From Candidatus Anderseniibacteriota bacterium (lineage in GTDB: Bacteria > Patescibacteriota > JAUYIX01): DNA of 64,000 bases. Under the pieces are notes generated by a model. That model did no database searches and had not been told where the DNA came from. It saw nothing but the letters and a program-made list of their open reading frames with translations. Positions 50,074-57,110 of this stretch are shown here, in pieces. The stretch spans positions 65,293-129,292 of the forward strand of contig JAXLZN010000002.1 in the NCBI GenBank assembly GCA_046350905.1. Reading direction: 5' to 3'. The first letter of the stretch is position 1, and every line of letters begins with the position of its first letter. The position numbers and the translations under genes were made by a program.

Positions 50074-50143
50074 TACCGGTTCCAAACAAAAGCCGTTTGG
50101 ACCTCTCGCAAGGGAGAATGTTCCTCGACAAAGGAGACTTATC

Positions 50144-50383
50144 ATGAAGATGAACTGGTCAGACATGAAGACCCTGCCCCGACGTTCCGAGAGGGACGGC
50201 GAATACCTCCTTGGTTTTGGTTTCGTGTTTCCCGACGAGTTCGTCGGTGAGGCCGAGGACCCGGAAGCGCCTCCAAGATTCATCAGCGGTGGGTGGACCA
50301 GGGCGGGGGTGACTGTCTTTCGTGATCGCGACGGCAGCCTGTACGCGGTGCCGTGCGAGGTATTCACCGGATGCAGTGGATGA
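50144..50383 (+). CDS. hypothetical 79-aa protein (first cistron of cassette 1)
   Basis: ATG lies 6 nt after AAGGAGA. MKMNWSDMKTLPRRSERDGEYLLGFGFVFPDEF...GCSG. No family recognised. Confidence 0.55.
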   Translation: MKMNWSDMKTLPRRSERDGEYLLGFGFVFPDEFVGEAEDPEAPPRFISGGWTRAGVTVFRDRDGSLYAVPCEVFTGCSG

Positions 50384-50411
50384 GCCTCTGGGTTAGACAG
50401 ATTTCCTGTGC

Positions 50412-50512
50412 GCAACGCAGCTGCGCAATGCTGCGACCGTTCGGCCAACATACATCGTTTTGGTTGGCCCTCCGTCAGAGCTGCCCTTGTCCGGCGGCTC
50501 TGACGGGGAAAC
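50412..50512 (+). promoter_or_regulatory. conserved three-hairpin RNA element, copy A (candidate cis-regulatory RNA)
   Basis: Aligns with 60550-60643. P1 at 50416-21/50430-35, P2 at 50443-49/50463-69, P3 at 50472-85/50493-506. Ends GGGGAAAC, 4 nt before the ATG at 50517. Confidence 0.6.
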
Positions 50513-50516
50513 ACAC

Positions 50517-51983
50517 ATGACCAAGCAACCAACCATCAAGAAATTAAAGAAAGTTGTCGTACTCGACACTATTTTTTTCTACCCCGAGCACCGGGCGGTC
50601 TTGGAGCAGCTCGCGGATGAAGTCATCGAGTACCCCTCGAGCCTGCCGGAGTCGCTCGAACGGCAGTACGTCGACAACCCGGAGCTATTCCGCAACGTTC
50701 GTTGCTACACGGAGCTCGGCGCCAACAATTCCTCGCTCCAGCTCCTCATGAACCGCATCGATGGCGCCGACTGTGTCATCAGCTGCTGGACGTGCATTCC
50801 TGACGAGATTCTCAAGCTCAACCCGCAGCTCAAGCTGATCGTCTTCTGGACGCACGAGAAGGAGCACCGCCTCAACCTCAAGCTCGCCGAGCAGTTCGGC
50901 ATCACCGTGACAAACATTCCCGACTACGGCACTGACGCGGTCGCGGAGGTCGTCTTTGCGGGACTGCTCGAGGTGCTCGCCAAGAACTACGTTACGCACA
51001 CGCTGCCGCAGAACGAGGAAAGCCTCGCCCTCACGGTCATGCACGAGCTGCTCCGCCGCCGCCGCATGCTCGACCGCAACGAGAAGTACACGCGGGCTGG
51101 GAAGTTCGTGCACCACTTCCACAAGCTCGGCAAGATCACCTTTGATCCCGGGCAGCGGACGCTCGATGAACTTATTCCAGAACGGCTGCTCGCGCGCGCC
51201 GGCGTAGCGCTCATCGGACAGCAGCCGTACGCACATCTCCGCACGTGGTTGCGAGCCTTTGAGGTGGTTGTCGATGAGCTGCCTGTGTTTGACGCGAGCA
51301 AGGCGGAGTTCTACCGCACGCTCGCCCGAAATGACTTCGTCGTGATCAGCAGCAATGAGCTCGATCCGAAGCTCGTGCAGAAAATCAATCTGCTCGCGGG
51401 TGTCAAGGTCGTCGACCTTGCGCAGCTCAAGACGATCGACTGGAGCGTCGCGGGCAAACGCTTTGGCGTGCTCGGTCTCGGCCGCATTGGTTCCAAAGTG
51501 GCGCGGGTCGCGCGCGACGTTGGATTTGAAGTGCAGTTCGCCGCGCGGGTCCCTGCTGCTCGTAGCGACCACCGCCACGTCTCAGTCAGTGAGCTGCTCG
51601 CAACTTCTGACGTGCTCTCGGTGCACCTTCCGGCGCACAAAGCCGACAACTTTTTGTCGGCCGATAAGCTCGCGCTCCTCAAGAAGGGCGGCATCTTCAT
51701 CAACACCGCTGACGGCAACATCACCGACACCGCCAAGCTGACCGAGCTCCTCAGCGCGAACCACGTGCTGGCCTACCTCGACGTCTACCCCGGCCTGCCG
51801 CGCAAGGATGTGTTCGGCTTGCCAATGGAGGACAAAGCGGACTGGAAACTCAAGGCTGCGCTCCCGCGCCACGTGCTCGCCTACCGCGCGGGCTGGAAGA
51901 CGCAGGAATCAATTCGAGTCAAAACCTTTGAGCTGCTCGGCCACATGGTCGACTACCTCACCTCGCACCCCCATGCCCACTGA
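50517..51983 (+). CDS. atypical D-isomer-specific 2-hydroxyacid dehydrogenase-family protein with large internal insertion
   Basis: Catalytic-domain pattern (..LKLIVFW..FGITVTNIPDYGTDAVAEVVFAGLL) and NAD fold GVLGLGRIGSKVARVARDVGFEV. More than 100 extra residues separate them. INTADGN replaces the family NxxRG motif. Confidence 0.7.
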   Translation: MTKQPTIKKLKKVVVLDTIFFYPEHRAVLEQLADEVIEYPSSLPESLERQYVDNPELFRNVRCYTELGANNSSLQLLMNRIDGADCVISCWTCIPDEILKLNPQLKLIVFWTHEKEHRLNLKLAEQFGITVTNIPDYGTDAVAEVVFAGLLEVLAKNYVTHTLPQNEESLALTVMHELLRRRRMLDRNEKYTRAGKFVHHFHKLGKITFDPGQRTLDELIPERLLARAGVALIGQQPYAHLRTWLRAFEVVVDELPVFDASKAEFYRTLARNDFVVISSNELDPKLVQKINLLAGVKVVDLAQLKTIDWSVAGKRFGVLGLGRIGSKVARVARDVGFEVQFAARVPAARSDHRHVSVSELLATSDVLSVHLPAHKADNFLSADKLALLKKGGIFINTADGNITDTAKLTELLSANHVLAYLDVYPGLPRKDVFGLPMEDKADWKLKAALPRHVLAYRAGWKTQESIRVKTFELLGHMVDYLTSHPHAH

Positions 51984-52842
51984 ACGCCAAACGCGAGCAA
52001 CCTTCAACCGGCTCAAGCGGTTCTACGACGCGAGCTGGGACCCCAAACGTAAGACGCTCCACGTCGGTCTGTTCCGACAAGCGGACGACTCCCTGCAGCG
52101 TGCCTACGCGAACGCGACGAGCTACCTGCTCGAGCTCGTCAACGAGCAGCGGCGCATCACCGCGCAATCGGTTGTGCTCGACGTTGGCTGCGGTACAGGA
52201 CAAACGTTGCTCGACCTGTGTGCACGCGTTGGCTGCCGTGGCGTCGGCCTCGATCTGAGCGACGCGCAGGTTTCGCACGCGCGGGCTGACCTCCGCGCCC
52301 GGAATGCGCTGCGAGTCAAGCGCAACCTGCCAAAGCTGCGCTGCACGTTCATCCGCGGCAGTGCGAGCGTGCTCACGCGCCACGTCGGGGCCCGGCCGGA
52401 GTTCACGCACGTGATCAGCCAGGACGCGCTCTTCCTCGCAGCCAACAAGCAGCGCGCGTTCCAGGGCATCGCTACGGTACTTGTCCCAGGCGGCGTGGTC
52501 GGCATCGCAGACTTCCTGCAGCAGGCCTCTGCCGCACGCTACAGTTCGCCCGCCCGTCGCGCGATCTTCAAGGTGGTCAACTGGCAGGAGGGTTTGTCGT
52601 TCGAGCGGTACCAGCGTGCGCTACGTACAGTCGGACTCGACGTCGTCCACGCCGAGCAACGCGATCGCGACATGATCAAGACGTACACGCTGCTCGTCCG
52701 GCAGCTCGCAGCGTTCATCGACCGTCACCCAACCTACCGCACGCTGCGCGAACGGTACCAGAGCATCGTTGCTGCGGTGCGCGCAGGCAAGATGGGGTGG
52801 GCGCTCTGCATCGCGCGCAAGCCGCTCACCGCACGCCAATGA
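51973..52842 (+). CDS. class I SAM-dependent methyltransferase
   Basis: ATG at 51973 overlaps the upstream stop by 11 nt. VLDVGCGTGQTLLDL (motif I), GVGLDLS, and LVPGGVVGIADF (post-II). The N-terminal HVGLF....SLQRA is typical of small-molecule MTases. Confidence 0.8.
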   Translation: MPTERQTRATFNRLKRFYDASWDPKRKTLHVGLFRQADDSLQRAYANATSYLLELVNEQRRITAQSVVLDVGCGTGQTLLDLCARVGCRGVGLDLSDAQVSHARADLRARNALRVKRNLPKLRCTFIRGSASVLTRHVGARPEFTHVISQDALFLAANKQRAFQGIATVLVPGGVVGIADFLQQASAARYSSPARRAIFKVVNWQEGLSFERYQRALRTVGLDVVHAEQRDRDMIKTYTLLVRQLAAFIDRHPTYRTLRERYQSIVAAVRAGKMGWALCIARKPLTARQ

Positions 52843-53582
52843 AGTACGTCATCGGCAACTGGAAGATGAACCCGACCGAGCTGCCCCGCGCGCTCGAACT
52901 GATCCGCGCGACCGAGGCAGCAATCCCGGCCGGCACACCGCGCGGCTGCGTAGCGATCGCGGCACCGTTTGTGTACCTCCACCCGCTTGCCTGCGAGACC
53001 GCTGCCGTCGCACTCGCCGCGCAGGACACCTTCTGGGATCAGGCTGGCGCGTACACTGGGCAGGTCTCGCCCGCCATGCTGAAGGGTCTGGGCGTGCGGT
53101 ACGTCTTGATCGGCCACAGCGAACGCCGCACGCACGCATTTGAAACCGACGCACACATCACGCATAAGGTGCGCGCTGCTCTCGACGCCAATCTACGCGT
53201 GATCCTCGCGGTCGGCTCGCGCGCTCGATCAGAAGCAGCGGTCCTGCGTGACATCCGTCGGCAGCTGCGGGTGCTCGACGTACTCGGCAGCGGTCGTGCG
53301 CAGGGTCGCCGGGATTTGCTCATCGCGTACGAACCGCTCGTGGCGATCGGCACCGGGCAGGCGGCACCAGTCGACCACGTGCGTCGCGTCGCTGCAGAAA
53401 TCAGCAGACTGTCCGGGGCACCCGTGCTGTACGGCGGCAGCATCAGCCGCAAGAACGCGAGCACGTACCTCGCGCTGCCGGAGCTTGCTGGCGTGCTCGT
53501 CGGGAGCGCGAGCCTGCGTGCGCGCGAGTTCGCTGCAATTATCCAGGCTGCCGAGCAACTCTCCCACCACCATGACTCCTAA
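52839..53582 (+). CDS. tpiA: triosephosphate isomerase
   Basis: ATGA overlap with the methyltransferase stop. IGNWKMN, IGHSERR, YEPLVAIGTG and YGGS motifs. The loop-6 Trp of the usual EPxWAIGTG is Val here. Confidence 0.8.
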   Translation: MKYVIGNWKMNPTELPRALELIRATEAAIPAGTPRGCVAIAAPFVYLHPLACETAAVALAAQDTFWDQAGAYTGQVSPAMLKGLGVRYVLIGHSERRTHAFETDAHITHKVRAALDANLRVILAVGSRARSEAAVLRDIRRQLRVLDVLGSGRAQGRRDLLIAYEPLVAIGTGQAAPVDHVRRVAAEISRLSGAPVLYGGSISRKNASTYLALPELAGVLVGSASLRAREFAAIIQAAEQLSHHHDS

Positions 53583-54222
53583 GAAAATCATTCTCGCCGG
53601 CACCAAGCCGCACTCCATCGCACGCGTCATTGGGCGCCACCTGCACGAGCAAGGCTGGGACGTGTGGCTCTACAGTCGTCACGCCAAGCGGGTCGAGCAC
53701 ACTCGCTGGCACGAGCGTCGCTGCGACGTAACGAAATCGGCTGACATTGCACGCCTCCTCTCAGAGGTTGGTACGCCGCAGGCTGTGGTGTTCAGCGCTG
53801 ATTCGGATGGCCACGGCACCATCCAACGTATTTCTGAACGGCGGCTCCGTGCGCTCATCGATGCCAAAGTGACGGGCAGCATTCTCTTGACCAAGCGCGT
53901 GCTCGCACATTCGCGCAAGCCGGTTTCACTCGTGTGGCTGATCGGCAAGATTGGGGTCAAGCCACAGGACCTCTTCCTGTACGGCGTCGTCAACGCGGCA
54001 GTCGTTGCCTTCGTAGATCAGCTCAAAGCGCTGGGTCGAACGGTGCGACCGTACATGCTGCCGCTCGGGGTGATCACGCCATCGACGCTCGGTGATGCGT
54101 ACCTGCGCCAGAATCCCGGGAAGCAGCTTGCGACGGATTCGCCGGTGAACGTCGCACGTTTCGTCGCTCGCATCCTCCGGGGGGGGGTACGCATCCGGTA
54201 CCGTACAAAGGGATCAATCTGA
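53572..54222 (+). CDS. short-chain dehydrogenase/Rossmann-like protein with degenerate SDR motifs
   Basis: ATG at 53572 overlaps the tpiA stop by 11 nt. KKIILAGTKPHSIARVIG sits in place of TGxxxGxG. LYGVVNAAV sits in place of YxxxK (no Lys). Confidence 0.55.
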   Translation: MTPKKIILAGTKPHSIARVIGRHLHEQGWDVWLYSRHAKRVEHTRWHERRCDVTKSADIARLLSEVGTPQAVVFSADSDGHGTIQRISERRLRALIDAKVTGSILLTKRVLAHSRKPVSLVWLIGKIGVKPQDLFLYGVVNAAVVAFVDQLKALGRTVRPYMLPLGVITPSTLGDAYLRQNPGKQLATDSPVNVARFVARILRGGVRIRYRTKGSI

Positions 54223-54325
54223 GATGGTGTAGCACCGCTCGCAATCCGTGATTGCCGTTGCTTGGTCGGGATGTGACCTGACCAGGAAACGGAAATTACG
54301 GAACGTCCTTCACAAGGGAGAAAAC

Positions 54326-54658
54326 ATGAAAAATACTGTGCAGCTCGGGTACCTGCTCCTCCTCATGCTCTCTTTTTTCAACGCGATATTCGGCTCCCAA
54401 CAGCCAACGCTTAGCAGGCTGCTCTGGGCTCTCTTCTACAGCACGTTGGTTATTGCATTCGTGCTGAAACCGCCCGCAGACGATGGGTATGTCGGTGCCG
54501 CCCGAATCGTATACGCGTTTGCGTTACTGATGATGGCTGGATCATGGATTGGTCGAAGTCCAACCCCCATCACGTCAATGTGGAGTGCCATTACTTTTGT
54601 TGTAGCTGCCGACAACTGGCTGCTCTGGAGTAAGTGCCGGACCGAGAGCGATCAGTAA
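54326..54658 (+). CDS. hypothetical small membrane protein (3-4 TM helices)
   Basis: ATG lies 6 nt after AAGGGAGAA. MKNTVQLGYLLLLMLSFFNAIF.. GC is lower than in the upstream operon. Confidence 0.6.
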   Translation: MKNTVQLGYLLLLMLSFFNAIFGSQQPTLSRLLWALFYSTLVIAFVLKPPADDGYVGAARIVYAFALLMMAGSWIGRSPTPITSMWSAITFVVAADNWLLWSKCRTESDQ

Positions 54659-54682
54659 CGTCTTGAAATCTGACGTCGCAGT

Positions 54683-54724
54683 GCCGCCTAGTAGGTCTTC
54701 GGGCTGAACGGCGGCTTCTCTTTG
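54683..54724 (+). terminator. terminator-like hairpin after cassette 1
   Basis: GCCGCC (54683-88) pairs with GGCGGC (54710-15), followed by TTCTCTTT. Confidence 0.45.
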
Positions 54725-54811
54725 GCAAGAACTATGGGGAGCCACCTCCACGCGTGCAGCTGTCCATGCCAACACCCTCATGGTGATCTTCGAGATCGGC
54801 TGGACAGCGGC

Positions 54812-56308
54812 CTACAAACCGCTGCGGCCAAACTTCTTCTCAGATTCGTCGAACTTCCTCTTGAGCTCTTCTGAGCGAAAGAATACATGGCGAGCAGGGT
54901 CGTAGAGAAACCCCATCTGCTCGAACCCCTCGGGCGTGGCGCGTGGATCGCCTGGCGGTAAGCGAAACACTGCTGCCATCTGCTCGAGTGTGTAACGAGG
55001 AATCCAGGTGGCGGGCTGCTCTTGCAGCTGCGACGTTAGCGCGAGCATCCGTTTGCTGACCGAGGCGACTGTATCGTCCGCTGAAATGGGAACCCGCAGA
55101 GAGGCCTCAATGCGCTGCCCGACTTCTTCGACCACTCCTATCCGTCGCACGATGGCACGGTTCGCTTGTGAGAGGTGGTCCCAGCCGATGGTGATCGCAC
55201 CCTCGTTGCCCACGTTCTTAGCGTTGGCTGTGGACATGAGCGTCTCGATGTTCTTGTCGAAGAGCTCCTCTACCGCTGGTATGAGGGGCGGCTCAATCAC
55301 TTCATGAATGAGGCTGCGTTCGGTGAGCAATGTACTACCGGATAGCTCAATGGGCTGCACAGCACGCATGGACGGCGACAGAGGTTCGACCTGGTCCGAC
55401 CCTTCAGCCTCGTCGATGGGCTCTACGGCGCTCTCATTGGGCCAAGGCTCGCGGTTGTCAAAGTAAAGGCCGCCATCGCGCACGGCCTGTTTGGCATCGC
55501 TGCCTTTCATGCTCGGCGCCCTATTGAAGAGCATGACTAGGTCGAACTTCTCCGTCCGCTCCTTGAACTGACTTAACGTTTCTGGCAGGAGGGTAACGAC
55601 GTAGTCCACGCCGCCATGCTTAAAGTGGAGCGTCCTGTGGGTTGTATCGTAGCGGGCCTGCCGGTCGTAGCTGCTCTTGATGCGGTCAACCAGAGCCGCG
55701 ACGTGGCGGTCATCAAGTACGGGATCAACCAGCGTGATGTCTCGGGCACCTGCCAGAATCGCCAGCTCGACGTCGTCCGCTGAACCAAAGTACACGGCCC
55801 GCCGGTAGTGCTCCGGCTCACCTGTAGCAGTGGCATGCTCACTGATCATTTGAGCAAAATGCAGCTTGTCGCGCTTGATCGTGTCCGCAAAGCCAATTGA
55901 GTGGACCTGTAAGTTTCTGGCTAGCACCTGTTCTGCAGGTGGGAGTTTCTCGACTTGGCGCTCGAATTCACGCCGGGTAAGCTCGGCGTTCGCATACATA
56001 TCGGCGAAATCGACGATGTTTTGGTCAAGCGCTGCCCGGTCGACGTGCGCTGCATCAAGCTCGTTCATCGCCGCGTGTGTCTCTATGGCACGCTCGAGCA
56101 CTCCGTTGAGGGTCTCATCGTCGATCTGCGGATGACCGGCCTTCCAACGTTCGGCAGAAACGGTTTGACGGTTCGTAGCCTCCTCAGTCTCGAGCTGCGC
56201 AGGTTGTTCGCCAGGCTGCGACGGCGGCAGGATGCCCTCGTCCTCTCGAGGATCTGGGGCAGGTGCATTCTCTTTCTTAGTGGCCATGCCTGTATGGTAC
56301 TCCTCCAT
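54812..56308 (-). CDS. hypothetical 498-aa protein (acidic N-terminus; possible Rossmann-like core)
   Basis: Intact ORF in a lower-GC region. AVYFGSADDVELAILAGARDITLVDP resembles a nucleotide/SAM-binding beta-alpha-beta strand. No family recognised. Confidence 0.55.
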   Translation of the reverse strand: MEEYHTGMATKKENAPAPDPREDEGILPPSQPGEQPAQLETEEATNRQTVSAERWKAGHPQIDDETLNGVLERAIETHAAMNELDAAHVDRAALDQNIVDFADMYANAELTRREFERQVEKLPPAEQVLARNLQVHSIGFADTIKRDKLHFAQMISEHATATGEPEHYRRAVYFGSADDVELAILAGARDITLVDPVLDDRHVAALVDRIKSSYDRQARYDTTHRTLHFKHGGVDYVVTLLPETLSQFKERTEKFDLVMLFNRAPSMKGSDAKQAVRDGGLYFDNREPWPNESAVEPIDEAEGSDQVEPLSPSMRAVQPIELSGSTLLTERSLIHEVIEPPLIPAVEELFDKNIETLMSTANAKNVGNEGAITIGWDHLSQANRAIVRRIGVVEEVGQRIEASLRVPISADDTVASVSKRMLALTSQLQEQPATWIPRYTLEQMAAVFRLPPGDPRATPEGFEQMGFLYDPARHVFFRSEELKRKFDESEKKFGRSGL

Positions 56309-56516
56309 TCTGCTTGCGCGTGAGCTTCTTTCAACCTTCCGGCAGTACTCTTTACATTTCGCGCAGCATGAACAAGTTCGCTCAGCACCTCGAATAACGC
56401 GGGCCCCTTTACGTATTCACGCAATATGGTTTGATGCGTGCATGGGTGTGGAAACTCCCGGACCAGGCGAAGCTGGGAACGCAGACAAATCAATTGTACG
56501 AGAGCGCGAGGCGGCC

Positions 56517-56969
56517 ATGCAGCGCTACGCCGGCCGCACGTTCAAGACTGAGAAGGGATGGACCTACACGTACGATGACCGCGGGCGTACGACGCGACAG
56601 CAGGCTGAAACCGGACACACGCACGCCCCGCAAGATCTCACGGTTTTTGTCGAAATGAACGTAGAAGAGAAACTATCCTTTGCTGCCGCAATGCATGCAG
56701 AAAATGACGACCCGGCATCAAAGGAAAAGGTTTACGTCGTTGAACGAGGCTCCGACAATCAGCCTCGGATCGTGGAATCGTGGGCAGATATTACCGACCC
56801 ATCGAAGCTATCTATTGCGATTGTGCGTGATGGCAAAATGCTGAGGTTCAAACCGGTCACGCTTCGGCCTAGGGTTGGTTCGTACGTCTTTGATACGAGG
56901 CTATTTCGAGACCGGCACGGCAAGTCGTACAAAGAGAGGCACTTGGGGCACAGAGTTACTGAAGTATAG
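56517..56969 (+). CDS. hypothetical 150-aa protein (alternative start 56442)
   Basis: MQRYAGRTFKTEKGWTYTYDDRG..., with GAGG 5 nt upstream of the ATG. No family recognised. Confidence 0.45.
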   Translation: MQRYAGRTFKTEKGWTYTYDDRGRTTRQQAETGHTHAPQDLTVFVEMNVEEKLSFAAAMHAENDDPASKEKVYVVERGSDNQPRIVESWADITDPSKLSIAIVRDGKMLRFKPVTLRPRVGSYVFDTRLFRDRHGKSYKERHLGHRVTEV

Positions 56970-57020
56970 GTAGTAGAAAAAGTCTTCGGTTAGCTGATGC
57001 TGGGCCGAATATGCTCTACG

Positions 57021-57057
57021 TTCGCTGCACCACTGGCTCGATAAGTTTTTCCGCTAG
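57021..57057. repeat. direct repeat copy 2: orphan hppA 3' fragment
   Basis: 57025-57057 is identical to 48329-48361. TTCGCTG (57021-27) matches 48311-17 if 14 nt (GGCAGTTTGCCCTG) are deleted. There is no hppA body upstream. Confidence 0.95.
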
Positions 57058-57081
57058 ACTGCAGGATCTCGAAGAGCGAAC

Positions 57082-57107
57082 AGAGCGCGGCCGGTAGGCC
57101 GCGCTCT
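57082..57107. terminator. strong hairpin (probable original hppA terminator; also directly follows the stop of the convergent 57111 gene)
   Basis: AGAGCGCGGCC-GGTA-GGCCGCGCTCT, an 11-bp perfect stem. The T-tract is weak on both strands. Confidence 0.5.
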
Positions 57108-57110
57108 TGC

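Larger units (their letters stand above)
48362..57024. mobile_element. putative inserted gene block bounded by the hppA 3'-end direct repeats (no recombinase recognised)
   Basis: Bounded by the exact 33-nt repeats. The orphan hppA tail at 57021-57057 is followed by a strong hairpin at 57082-57107, interpreted as the displaced hppA terminator. Confidence 0.45.

Noticed and set aside
50144-50383. Interpreting the 79-aa and 106-aa ORFs as RiPP precursor peptides for the radical SAM enzyme.
   Set aside because: There is no leader/core repeat structure, no Cys/Ser/Thr-rich core, no protease/transporter or RiPP recognition element nearby, and the radical SAM enzyme has no SPASM domain. The idea is retained only as one untested possibility.
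50460-50516. N-terminal extension of the dehydrogenase ORF (MVGPPSELPLSGGSDGETH). It suggested that the repeated element might encode a conserved peptide, because LVGPPSE is also readable in copy B.
   Set aside because: A 1-nt length difference inside the P3 hairpin puts the two copies out of frame after 7 codons. Copy B has no start codon or SD for that frame. The conservation follows stem pairing, not codon positions.
48362-57024. Labelling the repeat-bounded block a prophage or integrative conjugative element.
   Set aside because: No integrase/recombinase, capsid, terminase, relaxase or conjugation-like ORF is recognisable. Only the att-like repeat supports mobility, so I kept it as a putative inserted block.
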